Of a stretch of 64,000 bases of DNA, positions 12,375 to 25,553 are shown one piece after another. Positions within the stretch are counted from its first letter, which is position 1; every line of letters starts with the position of its first letter. Source of the DNA: Octopus vulgaris (taxonomy: Eukaryota); the NCBI GenBank assembly GCA_951406725.2, contig OX597814.1, forward strand, positions 207,886,001 to 207,950,000. The letters run 5' to 3'. The position numbers and the translations under genes were made by a program. The notes under the pieces were generated by a model that was not told the origin of the DNA, searched no databases, and saw only the letters and a list, made by a program, of their open reading frames with translations.

Positions 12375-12666
12375 TAATAATTTCTTACATTTACAATTTG
12401 AGGAAGTGTAAAAAAAGAGATGAACTATGTGAACTCAAAAGTTAATAGTGGTTGTACCTAATGCTACAAGACAAATTAGTTCAGCTCTCTACAACTTGGT
12501 ATCACTCTATAATCCTAATAATATTAATTATTTCTAGCATAGGCACAAAGCTTGAAATTTGGGAGAGTTGACTTGTTAATACCATAAGCCCCAGCACTCG
12601 AATGAAAGGCAAAGTTGAACTCAGAATGAAGAGAGAGGGAAGAAATACTGCAAGGCATTTTTCTGT

Positions 12667-12887
12667 GGCCAATGCCAGCACTGCCTTGACTGGCTTCTGT
12701 GCTGGTGGCACGTAAAAAGCGCCCACTACACTCACGGAGTGGTTGGCGTTAGGAAGGGCATCCAGCTGTAGAAACACTGCCAGATCAGACTGGAGCCTGG
12801 TGCAGCCTCCTGGCTTCCCAGACCCTGGTCGAACCGTCCAACCCATGCTAGCATGGAAAACACACGTTAAACGATGATGATGATGAT
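12667..12887 (+). mobile_element. RTE LINE 3' end
   Basis: Same conserved terminus and (GAT)n tail; shorter copies also at 1-72 and 11650-11792. Confidence 0.75.
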
Positions 12888-13628
12888 TTCAAATTTTGGC
12901 ACAAGGCCAACAATTTTAGGGGAGGGTGTAAATCGATTACATCAACCCAAGTGCTCAACTGATATTTTTTTTACCAACCCTGAAAATATGAAAGGCAAAG
13001 TTGACCTTGACAGAATTTGAACTCAGAATACAGAGCCAGACAAAATGTCACTAAGCATTTGGCCCAATATGCTAATCCTTCATCCTTGGCGCCACCTTAC
13101 TTAATAATAATAATCATAATAAAGCCATTAAAAATAATTATTTAACAGACTATTATAATATATTATGATGAACTTCAACTCAGGTGGTTTCTTGTAGGTG
13201 AGTGGATTTTCTTTATTTTAATTAATGTGTCTGTGAATCTGGGTGCATAGGTTACTTCAAACAGGTTAATACAAATTCAAAGATATTCGTACCCAAATTC
13301 CATGTCCAACGGTATACGACTAATTCACAAAATAAAGGAAACAATATAAAAAAAAAAAGAGAAAGTTATAAATAAATATATACATACATATATACACACA
13401 CACAAATATTTTTATATGTATGATGTACGTGTATATATGTGTGGCTGTGTGGTTTAAGAAGTTTTTTTCCCCCATCATTTGGCTCACATAGCAACACAGA
13501 AAGGCACTCATTTTTGTGGTAGTGTATATCATTAATGCACATTGATTTAGTCATATATTGATGTGTGTGGTCATGCATAGATAGTTGACTTCACTATTGC
13601 AAGTACAAGGAGAAATACTGTACTCTTA

Positions 13629-14348
13629 CAGGATGAATTTGGAGATGCGCCAAAAAGATGAGTCAAAATTTTTCAAAAGACTGATTACACAGGATGAAAC
13701 CTGGGTCCATCACTATGATCCAGAGACCAAAGCCCAGTCAATGCAGTGGAAGCACCGTGACTCACCTCCTCCAAAGAAGGCAAGGGTGCAGCCCTCCACT
13801 GGCAAGGTCATGCTCACAGTCTTCTGGAACCAGGACGGAGTAGTGATGACAGATTTCTTGACAAAGGATACCACAATTACAGGAGCCTATTATGTTTCAC
13901 TTTTGAGGAAATTAAGAGAAGCTATCAAAATTAAGAGGCGGGGCAAGATCAGCAAAGGCATCCTCCTCCTGCAGGACAACGCTCCAGTCCATAACTTGCG
14001 TGTCACCAGATCAGAAGCACAGGCGTGTGGTTATGAACTCTTCCCCCATCCCCCCTACTCTCCTGACCTTGCACCTTCTGATTTTCACCTCTTCCCAGCC
14101 ATGAAGTTGTTTTTGAAAGGAAAGCATTTCCCAGATGATGCAGCCTTGATTTCTGAAGTCATGTCGTGGTTGGAGGACCAAGCTGGGGGTCTTCTACAAA
14201 AACGGTCTCCAGAGCTGCATCAAACGATGGGAGAAATGCGTAACTCTGGGTGGTTCCTATGTAGAAAAAAACTAATAACTGTGCCAAGTTTCGTTGCTCT
14301 ACTGCTATGGGAAGTGGGTCAGGTGCATTACTTATTGAACGCCCCTCG
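13629..14348 (+). mobile_element. Mariner transposase relic (5'-truncated, frameshifted near 14190) with 3' TIR
   Basis: ITQDETWV, LLQDNAPVH and YSPDLAPSDFHLF catalytic motifs; C-terminus (KRWEKCVTLGGSYVEK) in another frame; end ...TTATTGAACGCCCCTCG followed by TA. Confidence 0.88.
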
Positions 14349-14944
14349 TAGTATACTTCCTATACATCAGAGATCTTATTGCTGCCACACCCATTTCCAT
14401 GCTAATGCTGCCACTCTACACTCCTCTTTAACTGACTAAGCAACTCAGACATCTCATGCTAAAGTTGTTGTGGTGCACCTGAGCACTGTATACAATAATT
14501 TCATTATTATCATTATAAAGCTTCTATGAACAAAGACCTACCAATGGAGACACGACAATCTACTGTCCTTCAAACAGCAGTAAGATATAATCGCTGTTCA
14601 TAACAAGGAAAGCGTCTTGTATTTCACTCTATCTTAACTATGAGCTATATGTAAATACAAACCTTCACAGACGCCTCAAAAATTACATCTCACAACCTCT
14701 GATCTTGCCTACATAACTACATCCTAAAAACTTTTTATTTCACTGGCCTTTAAAAACATACAGCTACAATACATTGCTTATAGGGAATGTAAACACCACA
14801 TAACTGTTTTGCTCAGATAGTGTCATGCAAAGATAGAATACCAATTGACATTCACATGATGGAATTCTATACAGTTTCCTCTACCAGTTTCACTCATAGG
14901 GCCTTGATCAGTTTGAGGTCATAGGAGAAGACACTATCTTAAGG

Positions 14945-15118
14945 TGGCATGCAGGAGTGGCTGTGTGGTAAGTAGCTTGCTAACCAACCACATGGTCCTG
15001 GGTTCAGTCCCACTGCATGGCATCTTGGGCAAGTGTCTTCTGCTATAGCCCCGGGCCGACCAATGCCTTGTGAGTGGATTTGGTAGACGGAAACTGAAAG
15101 AAGCCTGTTGTATATATG

Positions 15119-15153
<35 letters not shown>

Positions 15154-15372
15154 TTGCGTGTCTGTGTTTGTTCCCCTAGCATTGCTTGACAACCGATGCT
15201 GGTGTGTTTACATCCCCGTCACTTAGCGGTTCGGCAAAAAGAGCCCGATAGAATAAGTACTGGGCTTACAAAAAGAAGAAGTCCCAGGGTCGAGTTGCTC
15301 GACTAAAGGCGGTGCTCCAGCATGGCCGCAGTCAAATGACTGAAACAAGTAAAAGAGTAAAAGAGTAAAGAG
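14945..15372 (+). mobile_element. SINE S1
   Basis: Full-length copy. Confidence 0.85.
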
Positions 15373-15996
15373 AGTGGGATACAACCTGAAACAAACACAC
15401 GCAGCCATCCTGTGCCTATGTGTGCATGTATATAGATGGACTTAAGTGTGATTATATGAGTGTGTGTAAATGTGTACGTAGCAATGAGTGTCAGTCTGTT
15501 GTTTCAGAGACTGAGTGATGATGAGATGTTGAAATACCAAAGATGGTAGATTCATGTTCTTCTGTTTTGAAATTTGCAAGTGGAAACAGAGAAAAAATAA
15601 AGAAAAACATTCTTTTTATCAAACTGAATTTTTCCAATTGTACTTTTAATGAGAACATTTTAGCTTATGAAAACTAAAAATATAATTTACAAAAGAATTG
15701 CAATCCAAATTAACATCCTTGTGAGATATTGATAAAAAAATTGTAAACTTTTGTCTCAGTATCAATCTGGTTGAGAAAAGAACAAAACAAAAAAAAACAC
15801 AAAACAACCATACTACTTGCATACATAAATATCAGAGCAAACACTTCATGCAAACTTCAAAATTTACAGATCTATTTAACCCATGCTAAAATTGAAAAAT
15901 TAAAGATATAAAATAAATATAAAAAATAAAAAAAAAAACAATAAGTGCATTAAAAAAATGTTAATAAACTTTAAACTGCAGTTTAAAAATACATAC

Positions 15997-16127
15997 TTAT
16001 AGCTATCCTTGGCGTTCTTCTTGAAGGCAGTTTCTATTGCTTGGAAAATTTCTGGATTAAAGAGGTAAATCCCACAGTTTATGATATTACTAATAAATGT
16101 CTCTGGCTTTTCAACATAATGTAAGAC
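15997..16127 (-). CDS. GMPPA: GMPPA coding exon 6 ([28 protein letters not shown]...KDSY)
   Basis: ttgtag| acceptor, AA|GTATGT donor; YVEKP and INCGIY motifs. Confidence 0.94.
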
Positions 16128-16175
16128 CTACAATGTAAAGAAAAAGTGGAAAACAATTGTAAATAAAACCAAGTA

Positions 16176-16312
16176 TTAGGTTGTCCCAAAAGTTCGTAAA
16201 CACTTGCGAAAATTGAATTTTCGCCAAGTACTAACAAAAACAACAAAAATTATTCCTCAAAATAAAGACCATTATTTTCCAAGACTTTCTACGAACTTTT
16301 GGGACAACCTTA
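16176..16312. mobile_element. Mariner-derived MITE
   Basis: TIRs TTAGGTTGTCCCAAAAGTTCGTA / TACGAACTTTTGGGACAACCTTA; TA flanks. Confidence 0.8.
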
Positions 16313-16587
16313 TATTTGATTAAAATTTTTCATATAAACCTCTCTTTCATTGCATCTTTTTCTACGATACAAAGCTATAAGTTTTTAAAGTATTCAAATC
16401 TAATTTAAAATCTTCCATATTTTATATCAGAACAGGCTGATTATGTTACGTTCTAAAGATCAGCTAAAAACAGCAAAAGTTATTTTTCTAAATCCCTCTA
16501 TTCTAGATTACGGTAATGGAAGGTATAATTCATCTATCCAAAGAAATGCTTTAGCAACTTCAACTCTCTCCAAATTCATAGCCTGAT

Positions 16588-16986
16588 CTTACTCTTTTTA
16601 CTTGTTTCTGTCATTTGACTGCGGCCATGCTGGAGCACCGCCTTTAGTCGAGCAAATCGACCCCGGGACTTATTCTTTGTAAGCCCAGTACTTATTCTAT
16701 CGGTCTCTTTTGCCGAACCGCTAAGTGACGGGGATGTAAACACACCAGCATCGGTTGTCAAGCAATGCTAGGGGGACAAACACAGACACACACATACACA
16801 TCTATATATATATACATATATACGACAGGCTTCTTTCAGTTTCTGTCTACCAAATCCACTCACAAGGTATTGGTTGGCCCGAGGCTATAGCAGAAGACAC
16901 TTGCCCAAGATGCCACGCAGTGGGACTGAACCCGGAACCATGTGGTTGGTTAGCAAGCTACTTACCACACAGCCACTCCTGCGCCT
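16588..16986 (-). mobile_element. SINE S1
   Basis: Full-length reverse copy. Confidence 0.85.
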
Positions 16987-17856
16987 ATAGCATCTTTATT
17001 TTATTTTCAAACATTTAGAACTATTTTAGATAGTTCTAAATATTTCGTTTTTCCTTATTTTAGAAGTCCACTTTTCCATGCTCACGTGGATCAGATGGAA
17101 GTTGTTGACAGATTTTATGTGGCTGTATGCCTTTCTTATCACTAACCCTCACCTGTTTCCAAGTTAATATTTCTCCAAGGCCAAACATGTTTTCAAAGAA
17201 CACTGCAAACAAAGGACATATCTGAGTCTTACCCAAACAGACTCCATATTAAACAGCTTTCCTAAGCCTTCATCTCCAGAACTACAATCTTTTACAACTT
17301 CATCATAACTTACATTACATCTTTCCCCCCCATCCACTCCCATTACCAAACACCAACCAGAAGAAGTTTAAGGTGAACATAAAACATATTCAAAGAATGA
17401 GGGATACTTTCTTCCTCACACTAATTAATAGTAATATAATTAGTATATCAAATTATTTTGATTTTGTATTTGGTTTGCAAGAGTATTAATTTGAAATCAT
17501 GTATTGAAACAGATTTTGGTGTCTCTCAGTTCAGTCATTATGCCAGTAATGAACACATGCACCAGCTGTAATCCAGACCTGGAGAAGAGAGGGAAGGTGA
17601 TTTTATGAAGTTATGAATGGCAACAAAAGGACTGATGAACCTAGCTGATTGACTAATTCACTAAACTAATCAAACATTAGATTTACTAAGTAGTTCAATG
17701 ACTAATTAGATGACTATGATAGTATAAGAAGTGAAACAGAACCAGTGTGAGTGTGTTTATTATTGAGCCCCTGACCCTCCTGAAGATACAACAATATTAA
17801 ATTAGCAAAAATCTAGCACAAAATGGCAAGGGCCATCAAACGGAATTATGTTGTAG

Positions 17857-18066
17857 GGGCATGGCTGTGTGGTTAGGGAGCTTGCTTCCTAGCTACATGG
17901 TTTCGGGTTCAGTCCCACTGCGTAGCACTTTGGGTAGGTGTTTTCCACTATAGCCCCGAGCCGACCGGAGCTTTGTGATTGAATTCGGTAGGTGGAAGTT
18001 ACTGCCGTGTGTGTATGTGTGCGTATAGCTGCTCAGTGCCTCTCCGAAAGAGAGAGAGGGAGAGAG
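17857..18066 (+). mobile_element. S1-variant SINE with a distinct tail
   Basis: S1-like head plus GCGTATAGCTGCTCAGTGCCTCTCCGAAAGAGAG tail; inverted partner at 24818-25034. Confidence 0.7.
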
Positions 18067-18501
18067 GGAATGCTAAGTCTAAGCCTGAACCAAAATTTTG
18101 ACTCCACTATCACCTCACAAAACCACAAACTTAAAAATAACCAAAAGCAAATGATGGAACCTTTTTATGGTTACTGAAGTTGTGAAAAATACTAACTAAA
18201 TCTCCTTCAAATCGTATCCTACTATTTTAAAACAAGGACACACTATAGATGATAATACACAATATCTGAAGGAAAGACAGAATGATCAGAGGTCTGCTCT
18301 ATCAAGCTGACATGAAGCTAAATAAAAAACAAAAATTAATTGCAAATAATACAGCGACCAGCACAAAATATGAATCATTCACCAATCAGACTATAGGTTA
18401 AGCTTTGTGAACTCACATATTTTTTCAGTGGAGTAGTTGAAAAAAAAAGAAAACAAATTGAATAGATTATCACGATAGAAGACTTATAGAAATATTCATA
18501 A

Positions 18502-18900
18502 CTAGCAGTATCGCCCGGCGTTGCTCGGGTTTGTAAGGGAAATAACTATATAAGCATTTTTAGAGATGTAAAGTATAATAGCCATCTCAATATGGCTAAC
18601 AACAAAGGTGGGGGGGTGTTACTGTAGCTTTTTACGTTCTGAGATTTAATAATAAATTTTTAGAGAGTTACTTCCCTTATATACGCCAAAAATGGATTCA
18701 AAATGGGAAAAATTGATGGTTAATTTTTTTTTAAATCGTAGACTCATCGTAGACGCACGCTAATACCCAGAAGGGCTCGATATGAATCATGACTATAAGA
18801 TACCCGGTTTTGGTTAAACTGCACCGCAAAATGTGGGAGTAGTTAGGAATCTAAATCGTAGGAGACAGACAGCACACAACCTTACTTTTATATATAAAGA
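18502..18900 (-). mobile_element. Non-autonomous Helitron H1, both ends intact
   Basis: Minus strand reads A|TC...CCCGAGCAACGCCGGGCGATACTGCTAG|T. Confidence 0.82.
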
Positions 18901-19002
18901 TATTACAATTGATTATGTTTTTATTATATAAGAGGCTGTACAGCCCATGGAAACTTCTCACAAACACAATAATACACATACACATTCATACTGACTACCA
19001 AC

Positions 19003-19062
19003 CTCATGTGTTGCTTTTCCTTCTACCATGCAGCCAAACCTTAAAGATTGTTGTCGTGTAGC
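19003..19062 (-). CDS. GMPPA: GMPPA coding exon 5 (ATRQQSLRFGCMVEGKATHE)
   Basis: ttttcag| acceptor, GAG|GTTGGT donor; 60 nt, phase 0-0. Confidence 0.9.
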
Positions 19063-19314
19063 CTGAAAATATGAAATAAAAAGTAAATAATAATAATAAA
19101 ACAACCAAAAAACACTTGGAAATTGATGGAAGAAATGAAGAAAATTAAATTTTAAAAATCTGGCAGTAATTAAATATGTCTCATAAAATGCTGACATACA
19201 ACAATATATTTATCATAAGTTTTAAAAACAGTTTTGCTTTTATTTTCCATTTTAAAAATGTCTAATAATCTATAAAGAGAGACCAACTTTAAATTTTTTT
19301 CATCAATTCAATTA

Positions 19315-19720
19315 AGGTGGCCGAATCATTAGCACATTGGACAAAATGCTTAGTGGTATTTTATCCAGCTTTACGTTCTTATTTCTTTATTGCCCACAAG
19401 GGGCTACACACAGAGGGGACAAGCATGGAGAGACAAACGGATTAAGTCGATTATATTGACCCCCAGTGCATAACTGGTACTCATTTAATCGACCCCGAAA
19501 AGAAGAAAGGCAAAGTCGACCTCAGTGGAATTTGAACTCACACCGTAACGGCAGACAAAATACCGCTAAGCATTTCGCCCGGCATGCTAACGTTTCTGCC
19601 AGCTCGCTGCCTTTGCGTTCTGAGTTCAAATTCTGCTGAGGGTGACTTTGCTCTTCATCCTTTCGGGATCGATAAGTACCAGTTGAGTACTGTGAGGTCC
19701 ATGAAATCGACTTACCCCTT
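19315..19720. mobile_element. S2 SINE (-, about 19379-19612) nested in an older S2 SINE (+)
   Basis: Host split at a CTTTRCGTTCT duplication. Confidence 0.7.
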
Positions 19721-19769
19721 CCTTTTAAATGGCCATTCTTATGCGATTGGCTTTTAGTGAAGAAAGGAG

Positions 19770-20068
19770 TTTGACACTGCTGCCCTCTTTTGAGTTTCTT
19801 GCTGTGATATAGGTTCATCTGGGACCTTGGACAGCAGGAAATCAAATTGTTTCTTGAAAACATCTCCATGAAGATCCTTTGAATTCCAAACTACTGCAGT
19901 GCATGGTCCTAACTCTAGCTGGGATAGCTGAGACCTTTGGAAAACAGTGTGGTAACATCCAGTTCAGGGATTAGTATATAGCTCTTGATGCCAAAGTTTG
20001 GAGCCAACCTCTCCAGGATCTTCCATACATATATCACTGCATACTCTCCCATCTTTGCTCCAGGGAGT
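19770..20068 (-). mobile_element. Degenerate CR1-type RT C-terminal fragment (second family)
   Basis: Minus strand reads YSLEQR..YAVIYVWKILERLAPNFGI across a frameshift. Confidence 0.55.
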
Positions 20069-21137
20069 AGTAACATGATTAGAAAACAAAAACTCCATTC
20101 CTAGATTTCACATTTTTTAATTAAAACTTGAGTTGAAAAGAGATGAAATAAATTCTAATAGAACAAAAAAATATCTCATCCATATCTGTATGTTTTGCTT
20201 CTAAAATTAGAGAAATTTTCATTGGCCAAAATACGCACAATTCTTGTGAGATTAAATTGGAAAGAGTACTGACCACTAACAGAGAAGACTTCAAAACCGC
20301 AAAGCCATTGGTTGTTCTAAATTCAAGAACAAGGGACGTAATTCTGCTTGTCTCAGCCTGACTAGCAACACGTTCCTCTACCTACAACTTCCCAGTAGGG
20401 AAAAAGTAATATTGCCAGACCACCTGATGTCAATTCATGACAACTGATGGAATTGATGTAATAAAAAATCGAGTGTTCTGCCATGAAGCATGATAAAATG
20501 CTAACTAAAAATAACATTGTGGTGATAGTCTAGCATGGCTTTCTGAAAGACATATAATGTTTGAAGGAAAACTCATTATACAGAAATATATTTTTGTTGA
20601 TTTAATTTTAAAGTCTATTTTTGCAACTAATAGCAAACTTTAAAAACACCTAATCATGATGATGAGGAGGATCACTTTTCATCTACAGAAATTAATAAAA
20701 ATATCATCATCATCATCAAAAGAATAAAATACAAGTTTTGGTGTTGGTACTTATTTCAAAGCCAAGCCGTTTAAAAATTTTGCTAGCTTTTAAGAATAAT
20801 TATATTATGTAAATTTTTTTTTTAATTACATGGCATTGTCGGAAGGCAGTTAACATCAATGCAGCCTTACAGCATAAAACATTTCTTACATCTGGTTTAA
20901 TATCATATTTATAATCCTAACTAACCCTTATTTATTATGGTCATTTTCTACTAAATACAGATTTAGTTCAAATTAGAATTGCATAAGTAGTAAAAACCAA
21001 TGGGAATGTTTCTAGTGACAAAGAGCTTTTGAAAAAGGAAATATAAGAAAATCATGAAAATATGGCAAAGCAAATCTATTAGTAGAGATAGTTGTGGAGA
21101 CAGTGGTGACAAAGAAAGAAAACAAACAGTGACTCAC

Positions 21138-21330
21138 TTCGGTACCTAGAATAGTTCCATATGATCCTGCAGGATTTTGCTTATGAAAGTTCAACATTTC
21201 TAGCAGAGGGAAATCTCCACAAACGTCAGCATTCATTACAAAGAAAGCTTTTGGATTATCAATTAGAATTTGGTCTCGAAAAAGAAACAAGCCTCCAGCA
21301 GTTCCTAGGGCAGTATATTCTAGGAGATAC
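21138..21330 (-). CDS. GMPPA: GMPPA coding exon 4 ([21 protein letters not shown]...[10 protein letters not shown]...GTE)
   Basis: cctttag| acceptor, GAA|GTGAGT donor; LGTAGG and NADV motifs. Confidence 0.95.
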
Positions 21331-21499
21331 CTAAAGGTGAGAAAAAATGAAAGAAAAATATATAATGTATGAGTGAGATATGGTCCCCAATCCATTTAGA
21401 AGTGTAGTAAGTCTAAATAAAAACTTAAGAGGTTTTTTAAAAAAAATATCTGACCACTTATATAAATATGGTACTAGGAGCATAATACAAAAGAATATC

Positions 21500-22125
21500 T
21501 CTAAAATTGTCAAGAAGGCCGAGGGTGTCTTGGCATCACTCAGCAAGACTTTTGTTAGCCGCTCTCCAGCCATCTATTTAAAACTGTATACAGCTATGGT
21601 ACGACCACACTTGGAATTCGCATCATCAGTTTGGAATCCCTATCTTGCTCAGAACATTGACCTCCAGGAATCTGTTCAGAGACGTGCAACCAAACGCATA
21701 CCCTCCATCAGACACCTACCATACTCTGAGCGCCTTGTTTCCCTGGGCATGGATTCACTGAAGCTCCGGCGTCTGGCGACGGACTTGGTAAACACCCACA
21801 AAGTTATCAACCACCTCACCAACAACAACACTGAACACCTTTTTGATCTCCATGTGTCTAACACACATGGACATGCCTACAAAGTCAGAAAACAACACAG
21901 CTCTCATGACTTTCGGAAACATTTTTTCATGCTCAGAGTTGCTGAAACATGGAACAAACTGCCTGCGTCAGTTGTTGACTGCCATGACACTGCATCCTTT
22001 AAGGCCCTCATGCTTTCCGAAATCCGCCGAAACTACACCTGATTATACATACACTTTAGATGAGTTGTAGTGCACCTGAGCACTGTACACAATGTTTTAT
22101 TATTATTATTTTATTATTATTATTA
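21500..22125 (+). mobile_element. 5'-truncated CR1/L2-group LINE (RT C-terminus and (TAT)n tail) in GMPPA intron 3
   Basis: ORF YLKLYTAMVRPHLEFASSVWNPY...ESVQRRATK...YSERL...RVAETWNKLP; tail GTGCACCTGAGCACTGTACACAAT(TAT)n. Confidence 0.85.
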
Positions 22126-22238
22126 AGATAATAACAACATTTTTAGGCAGGCTGATATCAATATATTTAAGAGAAAGTGAAGAGGAAGGAGAAGAAAATC
22201 AAGGATAGACAGAACTTCAGAAAGAAACTTAAATATAC

Positions 22239-22342
22239 CGAATTTGTACTTTAAATTCTTGTTGACATTCTGCAATAAACTTTTTGAGAGGCTCTAAATG
22301 TCGGTAGAACCCAATTAGAAGAATCTCTTGCAAGTTTGGCAC
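22239..22342 (-). CDS. GMPPA: GMPPA coding exon 3 (VPNLQEILLIGFYRHLEPLKKFIAECQQEFKVQI-R)
   Basis: Translated by hand (absent from the ORF track); cctttag| acceptor, CG|GTATAT donor; matches the GMPPA VPxxQEILLIGFY segment. Confidence 0.93.
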
Positions 22343-23167
22343 CTAAAGGTAAAGAGAAAGAAAAGAAAGATAATGCAAAATATGGAAAATAAAATGTTAA
22401 CCAAAGTATTTAATTAAATATTGTAAATGTTATACCAAATATAACTGTCAAGTGTTGTGAAGTTAAACCAGAAAAAAGAAAAAAAACACCACATTCTGAA
22501 CTTCTTGATTAAATATAATGGTTTCAACTTTTTAGGATAAGGCCCACAAATTTAGCAGGAGGTGGGGGTCAGTTGATTAAATTAAATCCAATGTTCAACC
22601 AGTACATATTTTATCGACTCAGAATGGATGAAAGACAAAGTCAAACTTGATAGAATTTAAATTCAGAACATAAAGAGCTGAAAGAAATAATGTTAAACAT
22701 GTTTGTCCAACACACTAAAAATTCTGCCAACACGTCTTATTTCGTATTTGTTTATTCTTATATAAACTTCCTAAGAGCACCTTTTCAAACTACATCTGTC
22801 TAACACCCGTGGACATGTTTACAAAGTCAGAAAACAGCACAGCTCCCATGACTTTAGGAAACATCTTTTCACGCTGAGAGTTGCTGAAGCATGGAACAAA
22901 CTGCCAGCATCAGTTGTTAGTTGTCGGAGCACTGCATCCTTCAAAACTTCCATGCTTCCTGAGATTCACCAACACTACACCTGATTTTCTCCCCTCCATA
23001 AACACACAAGCATGTATCTGACTCATACACTGTTCGCTTTCCAGACATTTGTACATTACTGCATATGCTTTATATGCACTTTTGACAAGTTGTGGTGCAC
23101 CTGAACACTGTATACAATCATTTCATTATTCTTATATATACTTCTTAATCTATATTATTACAACCAT

Positions 23168-23496
23168 TAGCCAAAAAATAGCAAAAAAATGCATTAAAAA
23201 TGGAAAAAAAATTATGGTAAATTTTTTTTTAAATCGTTGACTCATCGTAGACATTTTTAGAGAGTTACTTCCTTATATAATAGCGAAAAAAATGCATTAA
23301 AATGGAAAAAAATTATGGTAAATTATTTTAAAAATCGTAGACTCATCGTAGACGCGCGCTAATACCCAGAAGGGCTCGATATGAATCACGACTATAAGAT
23401 ACCCGGTTTTGGTTAAACTGCACCGCAAAATGTGGGAGTAGTTAGGAATCTAAATCGTAGGAGACAGACACACAACTTCACTTTTATATATAAAGA
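23168..23496 (-). mobile_element. Helitron H1, 3'-truncated
   Basis: Same 5' end and about 2 internal ~100-bp units. Confidence 0.75.
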
Positions 23497-24281
23497 TTAG
23501 GAGGAGGAGAAGGAGGAAGAGAGCCTATGATGTTTAGAGGTTCACTGAAGCTTATCAGATTGATGTTGAGTTTCAACAGTATCTGCAGGTTGACATCAAG
23601 GTGCAAAATGCTGATGGATGGGGAATTTAAAAGGAAAGCAACGGAAATGATTGCTCTGTGTGTATCTGTGTGTGTGTGTGTTCGAAAGTAGCATGTAACA
23701 CAGATGGAGTAATGAGAAGAAGAGATGAGTGTATCAGGCTGAAGGGATGGATATGCAGTCAGAAGAAGAGATAGGTGTAGTAGTGATACAGCTTAATCAA
23801 TCAGTGTAGTTAGAGTGAAAAATAGGTTGAAGTACTTCAAGAAACTGTTAACTGTTAACCACACAGCCACTGCAAATATTTCCTTCAAACTTTGCTTTTG
23901 TTACATTTATTCAAACCCCAAAGAATCCCTCCCAACTCATGGCTATGATGCTACCCCACTATTCCTGCTCATGATCAGAGATGCACGTATTGTCAGCCAT
24001 TAAAGGACATGCTGAAGTGGTTAAGGCCAAGCAACTGACAAGCAAATCTGTGGCATTGAGCAGAATGTTTGCTATAACGATATTTCTGCTTCAGCAACTC
24101 TGTGCTGAATCTGTCTGAAATGTAATGGGAAATAGGTCAGTTTCAAAAAAGTTGATGTCCAGGTCACAAAAGCAAAGTTTGAAGGAAATAATAGTCATTT
24201 CTTCTGATTTCTAGATAAAAGCAAATAGGAAATAACATTTACTGACCAAAGACAACAAAAATTTTAATCTTCTTACACTGT

Positions 24282-24446
24282 GGCGTAGGAGTGGCTGTGT
24301 GGTAAGAAGCTTGCTTACGAACCACATGGTTCTGGGTTCAGTCCCACTGCGTGGCACTTTGGGCAAGTGTCTTCTACTATAGCCTTGGGCCGACCAAAGC
24401 TGTGTGAGTGGATTTGGTAGATGGAAACTGAAAGAAGCCCGTTGTA

Positions 24447-24494
<48 letters not shown>
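24282..24494 (+). mobile_element. SINE S1, 5' half
   Basis: Head up to the (TA)n only. Confidence 0.8.
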
Positions 24495-24496
<2 letters not shown>

Positions 24497-24817
24497 ACTC
24501 CTCTCCCCTTTTCCAACCCTTTCACCATGATCACCCTTTTTTTTTACCATATTGCTCTTGCTCTCTTCACCTACTTTGATTCTTCTTTAATCATTGCTCC
24601 CTTCTATACATCGTCTATGTCACGCTGTCTGAAGCAGGTGAACACATCATAAGGCTCTGTCACACCTGTACACTGACACTGCCCATCAGGCAGAGCACAC
24701 TAACTTCATTCCTCACTAACCTTCACATGCCTTTTGCATTCAGGGCCCAACACAACACTGTTGAGCTACTGGACTAAGATCTTTAATCTTTAGGTCTATC
24801 ACAAAAAGAAAATTACT

Positions 24818-25034
24818 TCCCTCTCTCTCTCTCTTTCGGAGAGGCACTGAGCAGCTATACGCACACATACACACACGGCAGGCAGTAACTTCCGCCTACC
24901 GAATTCAATCACAAAGTTTCGGTCGACTCAGGGCTATAGTAGAAGACACCTACCAAAGTGCCACGCAGTGGGACTGAACCCGAAACCATGTAGTTATGAA
25001 GCAAGCTCTCTAACCACACAGCCATGCCCGCGCC
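24818..25034 (-). mobile_element. S1-variant SINE (reverse partner of 17857-18066)
   Basis: Same distinctive tail. Confidence 0.7.
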
Positions 25035-25553
25035 TATTGTTATTGTTGTTGTCTGATCTTAGATCAGCCATGACTGAAGGCAGTCAATAGTTTTTGAACA
25101 TCATGAATTAACTGGATTATCCAATATACAGGCAAGGCTGTGTGGTTACGAACTTTGCTTCCCAACCACATTTTCAGGTCTAGTCCTACAGTGACATCTT
25201 GGGCTAGTGTCTTCTACTATAACCCCAGGTTGATCAACGTCTTGTGAGTAGATTTGATAGATGGAAACTGAAAGAAGTTTATGCATGCATGTGTGTCTAT
25301 CATTTCCAATATTCTGCAAAAACATGTCTGGTCATTGAAAAACATCACCTTGCTTGGCTACAGAAAGGTCAAGCTGTAGAAAATCAGCTTCAATGATGAT
25401 GATGATGATGTTATAAAGTAAACTGCCTCAGCCCTGCTACCCAACTAAACCTTTGGAGAGAGACAATGATGATGATTAGGGACAGCCTAGGGCAAAATTA
25501 AAATTTTATAGTGCAAATTGAAATTGCGGTTATTTTGAAGAAAATTAAGTACT

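Noticed and set aside
13585-14439. Intact or domesticated mariner transposase gene
   Set aside because: Lacks the N-terminal DNA-binding domain and 5' TIR and is frameshifted near the C-terminus. A ttacag just upstream could be an acceptor, but nothing supports exonisation.
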